A stretch of 39,964 nt of DNA. It comes from Octopus bimaculoides (lineage: Eukaryota). Positions 1 to 9,976 of the stretch are shown piece after piece. The stretch's first letter is position 1, and the number at the start of each line of letters is the position of its first letter. Location of the stretch: the NCBI RefSeq assembly GCF_001194135.2, contig NC_069001.1, positions 38,521,377 through 38,561,340 on the forward strand. Reading direction: 5' to 3'. The position numbers and the translations under genes are program-made. Under the pieces are notes generated by a model. The model saw nothing but the letters and a program-made list of their open reading frames with translations, did not search any database and was not told where the DNA came from.

Positions 1-259
1 GGCACATAAAAGACACCATTTCGAGCGTGGCCGTTGCCAGTATCGCCTGACTGGCCTTCGTGCAGGTGACACGTAAAAGCACCTACTACACTCTCTGAGT
101 GGTTGGCGTTAGGAAGGGCATCCAGATGTAGAAACTCTGCCAAATTTAGATTGGAGCCTGGTGTTGCCATCCGGTTTCACCAGTCCTCAGTCAAGTCGTC
201 CAACCCATGCTAGCATGGAAAGCGGACGTTAAACGATGATGATGATGATGATGATGATG
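1..259 (+). mobile_element. SINE family A, 3' part with (GAT)n tail
   Basis: GGTTGGCGTTAGGAAGGGCATCCAG...CCAACCCATGCTAGCATGGAAAGCGGACGTTAAACGATGATGATG. Related copies lie at about 8296-8378(-), 13408-13550(-), 23837-23915(-), 25417-25505(-) and 35225-35461(+). Confidence 0.8.
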
Positions 260-431
260 TATATATATGTATGTAAATATAACATGCACATACACACAAA
301 TGTATGTATGTGTATATTATATATACACACATATATATGAATGTATGTAAATGCATATATAATGTGTGTGTATGTATATGCACATACATGCATATATATA
401 TATATGCATATACATGTCTGTGTACACACAG

Positions 432-462
<31 letters not shown>

Positions 463-994
463 AATATATGTAGACACACGTATGGTTGTTTGTAACTATA
501 TATGTGTGTGTGTGTTTGCCTATCTGTCTGTCTGTGTGTCCTAGAGTCTATTTTGTCAAAAATTCTATTTGCGCAGCTAATTTATGTGAGAAATTCTTTT
601 TGTCAGTGAGAGTGTCTACTCCCCCCCCCNNNNNNNNNNNNNNNNNNNNNNNNNNNNNNNNNNNNCCCATTATCCTACATGCTCACAGTCATCCAGTGAC
701 ACCCCACCCATCTGTCAAACCATCCGGTCACAACCAATGCAGCCTCCCTTGGCATCTAATGAGGCTGGATGAGGAAAACAACTCCAGTCGGTATAGACAC
801 ACATGCACACTCACTCACACGCACAAACACATGTACACACACACACACGCAAATATACATACATACATACATACAGACAGACGTATACACACACATACAT
901 ATCTACATGTATCTATACACACAAACCTATATACATACACACAAATATACATGCATCTATACACATATAAATGCATATACATATATACATACAA

Positions 995-1066
<72 letters not shown>

Positions 1067-1413
1067 CTACATATATACATATATATATATACATACACAT
1101 ACACAAACTTACATGTAAATATATGTATCCACCAATATACCCTTATGTAGACATATACATTCACCGTAAGCTAAAAAGGAAAACCACTCATCAATTTTGC
1201 ACAGCTTCTATGTGAGAAGTTCTCAACCACAGCTCCGAGGGCCGCATTTGGCCCTCGAGCCTCCTTCTGGCAGCCCTCAACAGTCTTCCCTCTATAGACA
1301 CAACAAATTATTCCGGTGGTGGCAGTGGAGGAGGAGGAGAAGAAGAAGAATTCTGCCATCATGTTCCTTTTTGGGTTTTGTTTTGATTAAAATTGAGCAT
1401 ATTTTTGTTTCAG

Positions 1414-1654
1414 GAAAATTATTCCTGCCCCAGTCCACTTGAAGAAGGATCTCTGAGAGCCCACAATTTCTACAGAGTCAGGCATGGTTCGAGTGAGCTC
1501 ACTTTGAGCCAAATGTTGTCAGACAGTGCTAAGAAATGGGCTGAGATTCTCTCCAGAATGAAATACATTCACCATAGTTCCAGGAATATCAGAGGCATCA
1601 GAATTGGAGAAAATATAGCTGTCATCCTCAGTAACAAACCAGTTATTTGCAGTG
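1414..1654 (+). CDS. GLIPR2: GAPR-1/GLIPR2-like CAP (SCP) protein, internal exon, N-half of CAP domain 1
   Basis: Acceptor tttcag|GAA at 1413/1414 (phase 0) and donor G|gtcagt at 1654/1655 (phase 1). Translation ENYSCPSPLEEGSLRAHNFYRVRHGSSELTLSQMLSDSAKKWAEILSRMKYIHHSS...GENIAV carries the CAP motifs AHNxYRxxHG, AxxWAExL, HS and GEN. Upstream exons were not identified. The symbol is a family-level assignment. Confidence 0.88.
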
Positions 1655-1687
1655 GTCAGTATTATTGTTATTATTATTATTATTATT

Positions 1688-2069
1688 GCCTTTGAACAGC
1701 TTCTAACTCTGGAGATGTACTACGGTGTCAGCTGTTCACTACCAGTGAACTAAGGTAACACCCCTTATTTTTCGAGCACCTTCCGGAGTATTTGAGCAGT
1801 TCCAAGCAGTNNNNNNNNNNTATTTTTCGAGCACCTTCCGGAGTATTTGAGCAGTTCCAAGCAGTGCTGTTTTCTGCAAGTGCTCCACCCTTATTGCAGC
1901 CCCTATTTGCTCCATGTACTTCTCAAGATTTTTACCCACTGTTCCCAGGGCTCCAACAATTATTGGTACTACTACCACCTTTTTCACCGACCACAACTGC
2001 TTAACCTCCCAAGCTAACCTGTCATATCTATCGACTTTTCTTTCTTCCTTATTGCATACCTTGTTGTCA

Positions 2070-2070
<1 letters not shown>
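1688..2070 (-). mobile_element. 5'-truncated R4/Dong-like non-LTR retrotransposon (restriction-like endonuclease C-terminus)
   Basis: Minus-strand translation KVCNKEERKVDRYDRLAWEVKQLWSVKKVVVVPIIVGALGTVGKNLEKYMEQIGAAIRVEHLQKTALLGTAQILRKVLE; VVP++GALG and LQKxALLGTAxILRxVL are typical RLE-clade termini. (AAT)n lies on both sides. Confidence 0.75.
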
Positions 2071-2102
<32 letters not shown>

Positions 2103-2634
2103 CATTATTATTCACCATTTGGTAGTTTCAGGCAGATTTCTACTGCATCACTTGTTGCACCTCCATGTTGCTGAGATGTGTGCAGCATTGGGTGCTTTTT
2201 ATGGTTGTCTGGTTGTATTGCATCAGTTTTGTTACAGGGTCTGATTGCAATCTTTTGTCGTATTAGCGTCCCTCTATGTTGTTTAAGCCAAGGTCAAACT
2301 TGATTTGACAGATTTGTGATCAAAGCTATTTCAAATGTGACCATCCTATCTTTTTTGACATTCCAAAGACTTCACTGCACAACATGGCCTTCCTGTTTCA
2401 AAACAAGAGATGGTAATTTGAGGGTAGTTAACTACTTTGACTTGTAGCCTAAACAACTAATTGCGTGTGTATGTGTTATGATAATGACTGGAAAATATTG
2501 CACTAATTAAGGTTATTTGTAAACGTCAGAAAGAGGGGAGGGAGGAGAGAGAAGGGGAAAGAGGAGAGAGAAGGGGAGAGAGGAAGAGAGTGTGAGAATA
2601 TATGACCTGACTTTTGTTTTTTGTTGTAAACCAG

Positions 2635-2712
2635 GTGAAGAGGTGACTGCCCAGTGGTACAATGAAGTGGAACAATATAATTATGAACAGGGAGGAGATA
2701 CAAGCACTTGTG
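2635..2712 (+). CDS. GLIPR2: GAPR-1-like exon, CAP domain 1 WYxE segment
   Basis: ccag|GT...G|gtaag, 78 bp, phase 1-1; reads (G)EEVTAQWYNEVEQYNYEQGGDTSTC(G). Confidence 0.9.
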
Positions 2713-2755
2713 GTAAGATGAACAATATTTCTCTTCTGTCGCTTTTAGTAAACAT

Positions 2756-2786
<31 letters not shown>

Positions 2787-3659
2787 NNNNNNNNNNNNNN
2801 NNNNNNNNNNNNNNNNNNNNNNNNNNNNNNNNNNNNNNNNNNNNNNNNNNNNNNNNNNNNNNNNNNNNNNNNNNNNNNNNNNNNNNNNNNNNNNNNNNNN
2901 NNNNNNNNNNNNNNNNNNNNNNNNNNNNNNNNNNNNNNNNNNNNNNNNNNNNNNNNNNNNNNNNNNNNNNNNNNNNNNNNNNNNNNNNNNNNNNNNNNNN
3001 NNNNNNNNNNNNNNNNNNNNNNNNNNNNNNNNNNNNNNNNNNNNNNNNNNNNNNNNNNNNNNNNNNNNNNNNNNNNNNNNNNNNNNNNNNNNNNNNNNNN
3101 NNNNNNNNNNNNNNNNNNNNNNNNNNNNNNNNNNNNNNNNNNNNNNNNNNNNNNNNNNNNNNNNNNNNNNNNNNNNNNNNNNNNNNNNNNNNNNNNNNNN
3201 NNNNNNNNNNNNNNNNNNNNNNNNNNNNNNNNNNNNNNNNNNNNNNNNNNNNNNNNNNNNNNNNNNNNNNNNNNNNNNNNNNNNNNNNNNNNNNNNNNNN
3301 NNNNNNNNNNNNNNNNNNNNNNNNNNNNNNNNNNNNNNNNNNNNNNNNNNNNNNNNNNNNNNNNNNNNNNNNNNNNNNNNNNNNNNNNNNNNNNNNNNNN
3401 NNNNNNNNNNNNNNNNNNNNNNNNNNNNNNNNNNNNNNNNNNNNNNNNNNNNNNNNNNNNNNNNNNNNNNNNNNNNNNNNNNNNNNNNNNNNNNNNNNNN
3501 NNNNNNNNNNNNNNNNNNNNNNNNNNNNNNNNNNNNNNNNNNNNNNNNNNNNNNNNNNNNNNNNNNAAATATATATATATATATATATAATTTTGTCAGT
3601 GAACAGGTCGTGGTCTCAAAGCGAAGAAAATATTTTGACAAATTAAATTTAGATGTTGA

Positions 3660-3780
3660 AGTGAATCTAACAATCTTTGTGTGTTATTTTAAATGGCTTA
3701 TAAACACCTTCCACGCTGCAATTGTTTTCGTTCCAGCACACAATCTCAGATCAGGTCACTTGCTATGCAAGTACATCTCT
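3660..3780 (+). repeat. Dispersed repeat shared with about 14740-14835
   Basis: TTTTAAATGGCTTATAAACAC...GCTGCAATTGTTTT.GTT.CA.CACA.AATCTCAGAT is present at both positions. Confidence 0.7.
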
Positions 3781-3783
3781 GTG

Positions 3784-3816
<33 letters not shown>

Positions 3817-3851
3817 ACTATCCTGCTGTATCTGTCCATTCTTTCTTCCAG

Positions 3852-3928
3852 ATGTGATCCCTGTGATAAACCAGACCAAACCTGCAATAACCCGACACAG
3901 CAAGCAATGTCAGAGATCAATTCCTCTG
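3852..3928 (+). CDS. GLIPR2: Probable GAPR-1-like linker exon
   Basis: tttcttccag|AT...CTG|gtgaga, 77 bp, phase 1 to 0. This is exactly the phase change needed to join the phase-0 exon at 5625. Reads xVIPVINQTKPAITRHSKQCQRSIPL. Supported only by splice sites and phase, with no homology motif. Confidence 0.55.
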
Positions 3929-4317
3929 GTGAGAAACACTCTCATTATTGACAAATTCTATAGAAGAATCGGCTGTCAGCAGAAAGACATAAAGCTGACA
4001 GTTTTATGTCTTTTTGTTGCCTCAAAGTCTGCTTTCTTTCTCTTGACAAGATATCTTCTTAGTTTTCATGAACCCAGCAATGTACTTTGGCTACAGCCTG
4101 TCTGTTTTTTGCATTCCTTCACAGCAAGTTGTGGCCATAAATTAAGATAACCCGTTTAAAACAAAAGAGTGTCTGACCTTTTTGCTCCTCACATACCACT
4201 TCTGATTTCTCTATAAATTCAAATGCCTGTTTTTAAAATATCACCGATTCAGTATGTTGTTTGTTGAATATGTCATCATCAAGGTATTATCTTACCTGTT
4301 TGATACCTGTTTAAAAT

Positions 4318-4387
4318 TTTACCTGAAGATGGTGGATTTTATGCCATGATGTAATCAATAAAATACCACCAAAACAGCTGTTGTAAA
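4318..4387 (+). ncRNA. Minimal type I hammerhead ribozyme motif, mutated (G12 to A)
   Basis: Stem I TTTAC/GTAAA; core CTGAAGA at 4323-4329; stem II GGTGG/CCACC; AAAA in place of GAAA; palindromic helix III ACAGCTGT; cleavage triplet GTT. Confidence 0.6.
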
Positions 4388-4612
4388 TTTGTATTCTTCT
4401 TTTCATATCTCTGCCTCTCCAAGGACTAATCCTGAGTCAGATCTTTGGTTTAAATTGGATATGGTACTTGCTTATCTACATACCTGCAATAGGCTACCAA
4501 CACCTGACACCCAATGGTTGTCTTATGTCATTGTGAACTATGGTACCTAACCAGCCCTGGTATCCTACATGTTGATATGCCTAGATTCTAATGAATCCTG
4601 TAACTAATCAAC

Positions 4613-4656
<44 letters not shown>

Positions 4657-4661
<5 letters not shown>

Positions 4662-5355
4662 TTATTAATAAATTATAGGGTAGCAAAAAAAAATTTTAGA
4701 AATTTTATTTACCACCAGTGGTCTAGCGAGAATAAAAATCAGTCAATAGACTATATATTATTCATTTAAAATACAGAGATGCCTATAATAGGACATATGA
4801 CCCGCTAGAAAGAGCAGCAAAAGACTACATACCACAAAAATAGGGATAATTTCGAAAGGGAATGAAAAATAAAAACATTTACCAATCTATATTCTGTACC
4901 ATGGTTTCAAGTCATCTCTGTATTTTAAATGAATAATATATAGTCTATTGACTGATTTTTATTCACGCTAGACCACTGGTGGTAAATAAAATTTCTAAAA
5001 TTTTTTTTGCTACCCTATAATTTATTAATAATGATAAAAATTTTTTGCTAATTTATGAAAGAAAATCGGCATTTTTTGTATTTGCTGCCAATTAGGTAAA
5101 CCGCAAATGCGCGGTAAATTTGGAAAATTACAGATATGAACATAGGCCATGCTCCCTATGACTCATGTTTATATGTTGTCTGGTTATTCTGCTGATGATA
5201 ATTCGACCATTGTAAGGTATATTTTTATCTTACTAAAATGACTTGAAACCATGGTACAGAATATAGATTGGTAAATGTTTTTATTTTTCATTCCCTTTCG
5301 AAATTATCCCTATTTTTGTGGTATGTAGTCTTTTGCTGCTCTTTCTAGCGGGTCA
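4657..5355. repeat. Interleaved inverted repeats A-B-A'-C-B' (Penelope-derived)
   Basis: A 4657-4781 versus A' 4913-5036 (one substitution, one indel); B 4798-4915 versus B' 5238-5355 (exact reverse complement, 118 bp). Confidence 0.85.
5185..5263 (+). ncRNA. Minimal type I hammerhead ribozyme motif (Penelope-type), core intact
   Basis: Stem I TATTCTG/CAGAATA (7 bp, perfect); CTGATGA at 5192-5198; stem II AATTCG/TGACTT (one mismatch) with an inner GTAAG/CTTAC helix; GAAA at 5245-5248; palindrome ACCATGGT at 5248-5255; cleavage triplet GTA, so the predicted cut is 5256/5257. Confidence 0.7.
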
Positions 5356-5532
5356 GATGGAGACAGACAGACAGGGAAATAAACAGATGAATAGATAAGC
5401 AGTTAGATAGACACCTAAGTAGATAGGTAAATAGATTAGTAACTAAACAAAGAGGCAGAGAGATAAACTGAGAGATAAAGACATTGTTTACAGGTTTATA
5501 ATCTCCCAACCAAAATACCAGATTTATTTCAA

Positions 5533-5571
<39 letters not shown>

Positions 5572-5624
5572 TTATTTATTTATTTATTTTTTCTATTCTT
5601 ATTTTCTATTCTATTTTGCTTCAG

Positions 5625-6117
5625 ACAAAAGATTCCAGCAGTTCTGTGATAGAGATCCCTACCAGAACCTCACTCAACCAAAGTCATGGGTCACCAGAAA
5701 ATCTTCAGTCAAACTCTCCAGAATCCAGTTGTTCTGTGAGAAATACCTCTGCCAGAACCCTCCCCCTCAACCACACACATCCATCACCAAAGATTCTTCC
5801 ATCTAATTCTTCCACAAATTCCATGATTGAGACTTCCTCACTCAACCTCAAGCATCAATCACCAAAGATTTTCCAGTCTGTCGCACAAACACTGGCCATG
5901 TTTTCCAAAGACTGTCTGGAAACTCACAACAAATATCGGCACCAACACAACAGCCCTCCGCTGCACCTCTCAGAACAGTTGAGTAAAATGGCACAAAAAT
6001 GGGCCGAATCTGTTGCCAAAGAGTCTTACATATCTTACAGCAGCCAGTTGTACCGAGGCCAACAAATTGGTCAAAATATTGTATTTAGATGGACAAAGCA
6101 AGGGGCTGCCTTCTCAG
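5625..6117 (+). CDS. GLIPR2: GAPR-1-like exon: Ser/Pro-rich linker plus N-half of CAP domain 2
   Basis: ttcag|ACA (phase 0) to G|gtgtgt (phase 1). The open frame ends FSKDCLETHNKYRHQHNSPPLHLSEQLSKMAQKWAESVAKESYISYSS...GQNIVFRWTKQGAAFS, a typical GAPR-1 pattern. Confidence 0.88.
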
Positions 6118-6341
6118 GTGTGTTTTTTTATTTCTCTCTTTCTTTTTGTTTAACCCAGGGAAACCGGGAAAAGTGGATTGTCAAAACACTGATAAAGACG
6201 GTGATGGTGTGTGTGTGTGTGTGTGTATTTAGTAATAATATTAATAATGGTTTCAAATTTTTCCACAAGGGCAGCAAGGGGTGGGGGGAATGAGGGATTA
6301 ATGGTTCAACATGATGGAATTATGTGTTTGTGTGTTTGCAG

Positions 6342-6419
6342 GTTCCGAAGTGGCAGATCTCTGGTACAGCCAAGTTAAAAACTTTGATTTCTCTCATTAC
6401 AAACACCGAATGGATACAG
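6342..6419 (+). CDS. GLIPR2: GAPR-1-like exon, CAP domain 2 WY segment
   Basis: tttgcag|GT...G|gtacag, 78 bp, phase 1-1; reads (G)SEVADLWYSQVKNFDFSHYKHRMDT(G). Same length and phase as exon 2635-2712. Confidence 0.88.
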
Positions 6420-7277
6420 GTACAGATCTGTTCTTCATTTTTAAATAACTTACTTGTGTGTGTGTGTGTTAATGTGTTGTCATAAAACAAGCTTCTATAT
6501 TCCATACAGTTTATACTCGCCAGTCCAGTTAACTCCATCATCTCATCGTTGGACACCTCTATTTGTGGAGTGCACCTTGTTGCGCAGTTGGGTGTTGTTT
6601 CAAGGAGATTTCATTTAGCTATTATTTCTAGCTGACCGACTGACTCTATACAAGCCCAAGTTTTGTTGGTACCTTCTTAGACAAGGGACATAACTCAGTC
6701 TTCCATTGCCTGTCAATCAAGTTGTATAATAATGTCAGGTAGCGTTTTATCTCTGAAGCAAAATACCTATATTTGTCCTTCTGTCATACATCAGCCTTTC
6801 AGCACCTGGCATAGAACCATCGCCGCCCCCTACTCTAAAATACTAACCCCCTGTTTAGTCAAGAAGCCTTTTTCCTTTTCCCTTTTTCTTGTTCTAGACT
6901 TTGTCTTGCAAGTTACTAGGTGACCTCACTCATGTTGAAATGACCACTTGGTTAAGAAATAGCCATTGGTCATTTATAGTTTGTATATTAGATTTTACTT
7001 TTTACAGTTCAGAGACATAATTAGTTTCACTTAGATGAACCTCCTCTTATGACAAATGTAACCTTTGACCTTTAGAATTAATGGCAAAATCTTGAGGTTT
7101 ATTTTAGATTTAAAAAACAGCATCCTTGACCCCTGGGGAAACACAGGAGCCAGGAACTGTGATTGTGTCGGAAATGAAGACCCAGCCTGTGTTTAAGCAA
7201 AGAAGCCTTTGAAGAATATCCATCGACTTTATTTATAGATTAATTTTTATTGATTTATTTTGATTTTTATGCTGCAG

Positions 7278-7429
7278 GTCACTTCACACAACTGGTTTGG
7301 AAAAACAGTCAGTATATCGGAATTGGTAAAGCTGGAAACAGTGTTGGGGCAGTGGCTGTAGTGGTCTTTTATTTCCCAGCTGGAAACATTCAGGAAGAAC
7401 TGCAAGACAATGTCTTTAAAACATTCTAA
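7278..7429 (+). CDS. GLIPR2: GAPR-1-like terminal exon
   Basis: gctgcag|GT; reads (G)HFTQLVWKNSQYIGIGKAGNSVGAVAVVVFYFPAGNIQEELQDNVFKTF*, with the CAP signatures GHFTQxVW and YxPxGN; TAA at 7427-7429. Confidence 0.92.
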
Positions 7430-7450
7430 AGAAACAATTTTAGTAATACA

Positions 7451-7550
<100 letters not shown>

Positions 7551-8741
7551 CAATGACTACTGTGAGTCTTACAGTAATTATGGAAGACAACTCTGGGCTT
7601 ATTTCAGCCTTATTAGATTTCTTCTGTGAAACCTAAATCCCACCAAATTTAGTAATGAGAGAAACACTGTGTACCCTATTGCACATTGGTCCAATGGTTC
7701 TTAGACTGACAGATATGAGACTGACCACCATCACCATAAGATCTTTCCCTACCCCACTCCACCCTCTTTCCTTTTGATAATTCAAAGCCAAAATGATGTT
7801 TATCTCTGTATAATCTTACATTGTTCATCATAGGTTTGGACAAGTTTTAAAACTTAAAACTCTTTTAATTTTATAAGAACATAGCAGTTTATTCATCCCA
7901 TTCTTTTTCAATCTTCATAAGGGCCCATGTCTATGAGAAACACTATTTTGGCTGACAGAGAAAAATAAAATATTAATCAATCATTCTTGTTGTCTTTTTT
8001 TTCTTCCCTCATCACTGCACGATTTTAAAGATGTTTTTATTTCAGAGGAAGAAAAGCAGAAGCTGTAGGGTAATGGAGGTTTTGGTTGCACCCTTCCTTA
8101 AACATTTTTATATCCTGCCTCAGATTGGCATAGATAAATTATGCAGCGGAGGTTTAATCAATGTGTTCACATGACGTACTTTCCGAGGCTACCAAAATGC
8201 TCTCTCTCACTACTACCAACCACCAGTGCATTTATAAGCCTTCTATTAAACATGTAAATTCTTTTCTGTTCTAACATGTATCCCACCTTAAGGTAGGGGC
8301 CACCAGGCTCCAATCTCATCTGGCAGAGTTTCTACAGCTGGATGGCCTTCCTAACGCCAACCACTCCATATATGGGTCACCAGTGTATAAGGTATGATAG
8401 TTGTCATAGAGACTTTAGTCTCTCTCTATCACCTTTCAACAGCATTAATATATGAAGAGACATTAGAACAATTTTACAACATAATAAAAAGGTTTTATTT
8501 ATGATGATGCTTGGTTTCACAATTCCTGTCATTCTTTCTTAGCCGCCGCTGATCAAGTTGTAGTTTGGTAATGGAAGGTTAAGGGCTTCCTTGATGCCTG
8601 CCAGAGGAGCAAATAGCTATCACCATCGATAGCATTGTGGTGAAGAGTGCTTCGTGGAGGAGCGAGGTGTTGTCTCGTCGAAGGTCTCAGGCTCAACTCT
8701 CTGAGAAAATGAAACTGACTGTTTAAATACGAGTTTTACTA

Positions 8742-8817
8742 CGCATGCGCAACTCGAGGGGCTTCCGGTGGTGAAGTCCCCTGCACATGCGCAGAATAGT
8801 ACTTCCTCAATGGCGGC
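8742..8817. promoter_or_regulatory. Candidate promoter motif cluster upstream of the MTRES1-like gene
   Basis: CGCATGCGCA at 8742-8751 and TGCACATGCGCA at 8782-8793 (NRF-1-like); CTTCCGG at 8762-8768 and ACTTCCT at 8801-8807 (ETS-like); AATGGCGGC at 8809-8817 (YY1-like). Motif matches only. Confidence 0.4.
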
Positions 8818-9598
8818 TATAATTTCGTGCCACTACATATATATATATATATCTATCACATAGCCATACTGAGGGTTAAAATCTAATTACTAGTTTGGCC
8901 TGAGGCTGGTGTGGAAGTAGGGACTCCTGCTCAATGACAGCAAGTAACTACATCTAGTCGTGGTAGCCATCAGTGAGGCCAACATTTCAAAGATGACCCC
9001 ACTTGCCTCCTGCATAACTATTTTCATTAGCCCAGATTGAGTGATATGGCAGGGCTATTTTAGAGAGACGTAGATCTAGAGGTAACTATGATAATCTTAG
9101 ACCAGGATGATAAGTCAATGGTCCTATACTTTTGAGGGTAGGACTTTTTGTTTCAAGCCAAACACCCATCATCTTGTTTGAGCAAAAGAGGAAGATAAGG
9201 GTGGAGTGGATACCCTTCTTGTATTTTACAAAAACTGGAAGTGTGAAGGGAGCCTGATAGATCTGGTTGAAGGGGTCTCATCACACCTAAACAGGTGAGA
9301 AAACACACACACACATCCACAGTTGAGAATATAAATACAAACATATGTATGCATGCGTATTATGTATGTGTGTATGTATGTACGTATGTATGCATGTGTG
9401 TGTATGTATGTGTGTGTATGTATGTATGTATGAACTTAATTCAAATATTTAAATGAAAAACATATAAAAGCATTCTATAAAAATCAGTTGCCATACTTAA
9501 TATTGTAGAAGAAACGTACTTTCAGGCAACACCGTATTCCCATTCCTTATAAGGGACATAACTTCACCTGACACCGTAACTCATAAATAACGTCGGAC

Positions 9599-9976
9599 AT
9601 GACACATGTTGTCCGCTCGGTTCGTGTCTCTCTTCTTCTTAAAAGGGACTTTGTCCCTCGACTCCGCCTCTACACACCGTTAACTGGGGTCCGGTGCCAA
9701 AGGACAGCGTCCACATCCTCATTTCGTCCAGTCTTGCCACTGACCACTCTTCACTTAACGACGACCACACAATCCTCGCACAACCCTGTTGCCGGTGGCG
9801 CTCTACCCACCTGCAAATTAAACCCACTTCGTACGTTTTACAATGGCCCAAATCAACCCTTCGGGTGTTGGTTTGGGCCTATGGCTCCGGGTGTCCTGCT
9901 CCGGGACTTGAACAGTCTGATTGTTATTCAACGACGACATAAGAGGAACTTTAAGAAAGGTCGAAGGAAGGAAACG
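9599..9976 (+). CDS. MTRES1: MTRES1/C6orf203-like protein, coding exon 1 (mitochondrial presequence-like)
   Basis: gacATG start. The N-terminus is Arg/Ser/Thr/Leu-rich and acid-poor (MTHVVRSVRVSLLLKRDFVPRLRLYTPLTGVRCQRTAS...). The exon ends IQRRHKRNFKKGRRKET with a phase-0 donor ACG|gtaagg that matches the next exon. CpG-rich, as expected for a 5' exon. Confidence 0.75.

Noticed and set aside
666-790. Candidate upstream exon for the GAPR-1-like gene (cacag|TCATCC...AGTCG|gtatag)
   Set aside because: The only open frame is phase 2-2, which is incompatible with the phase-0 acceptor at 1414. Splice sites are weak and there is no homology.
210-1215. ORFs rich in YI/HT/CV dipeptides (also at about 19.2-19.6, 24.5-24.9, 26.0-26.3 and 31.0-31.5 kb)
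   Set aside because: They are translations of (AT)n, (CA)n and (TACA)n microsatellites.
1765-1866. Direct duplication of about 45 bp on either side of a 10-N gap
   Set aside because: Typical unmerged contig overlap, so an assembly artefact rather than a TSD or tandem repeat.
2592-3641. Long ORFs of 100-330 aa spanning N runs (also 10752-11420 and 37189-37956)
   Set aside because: They are open only because the Ns contain no stops.
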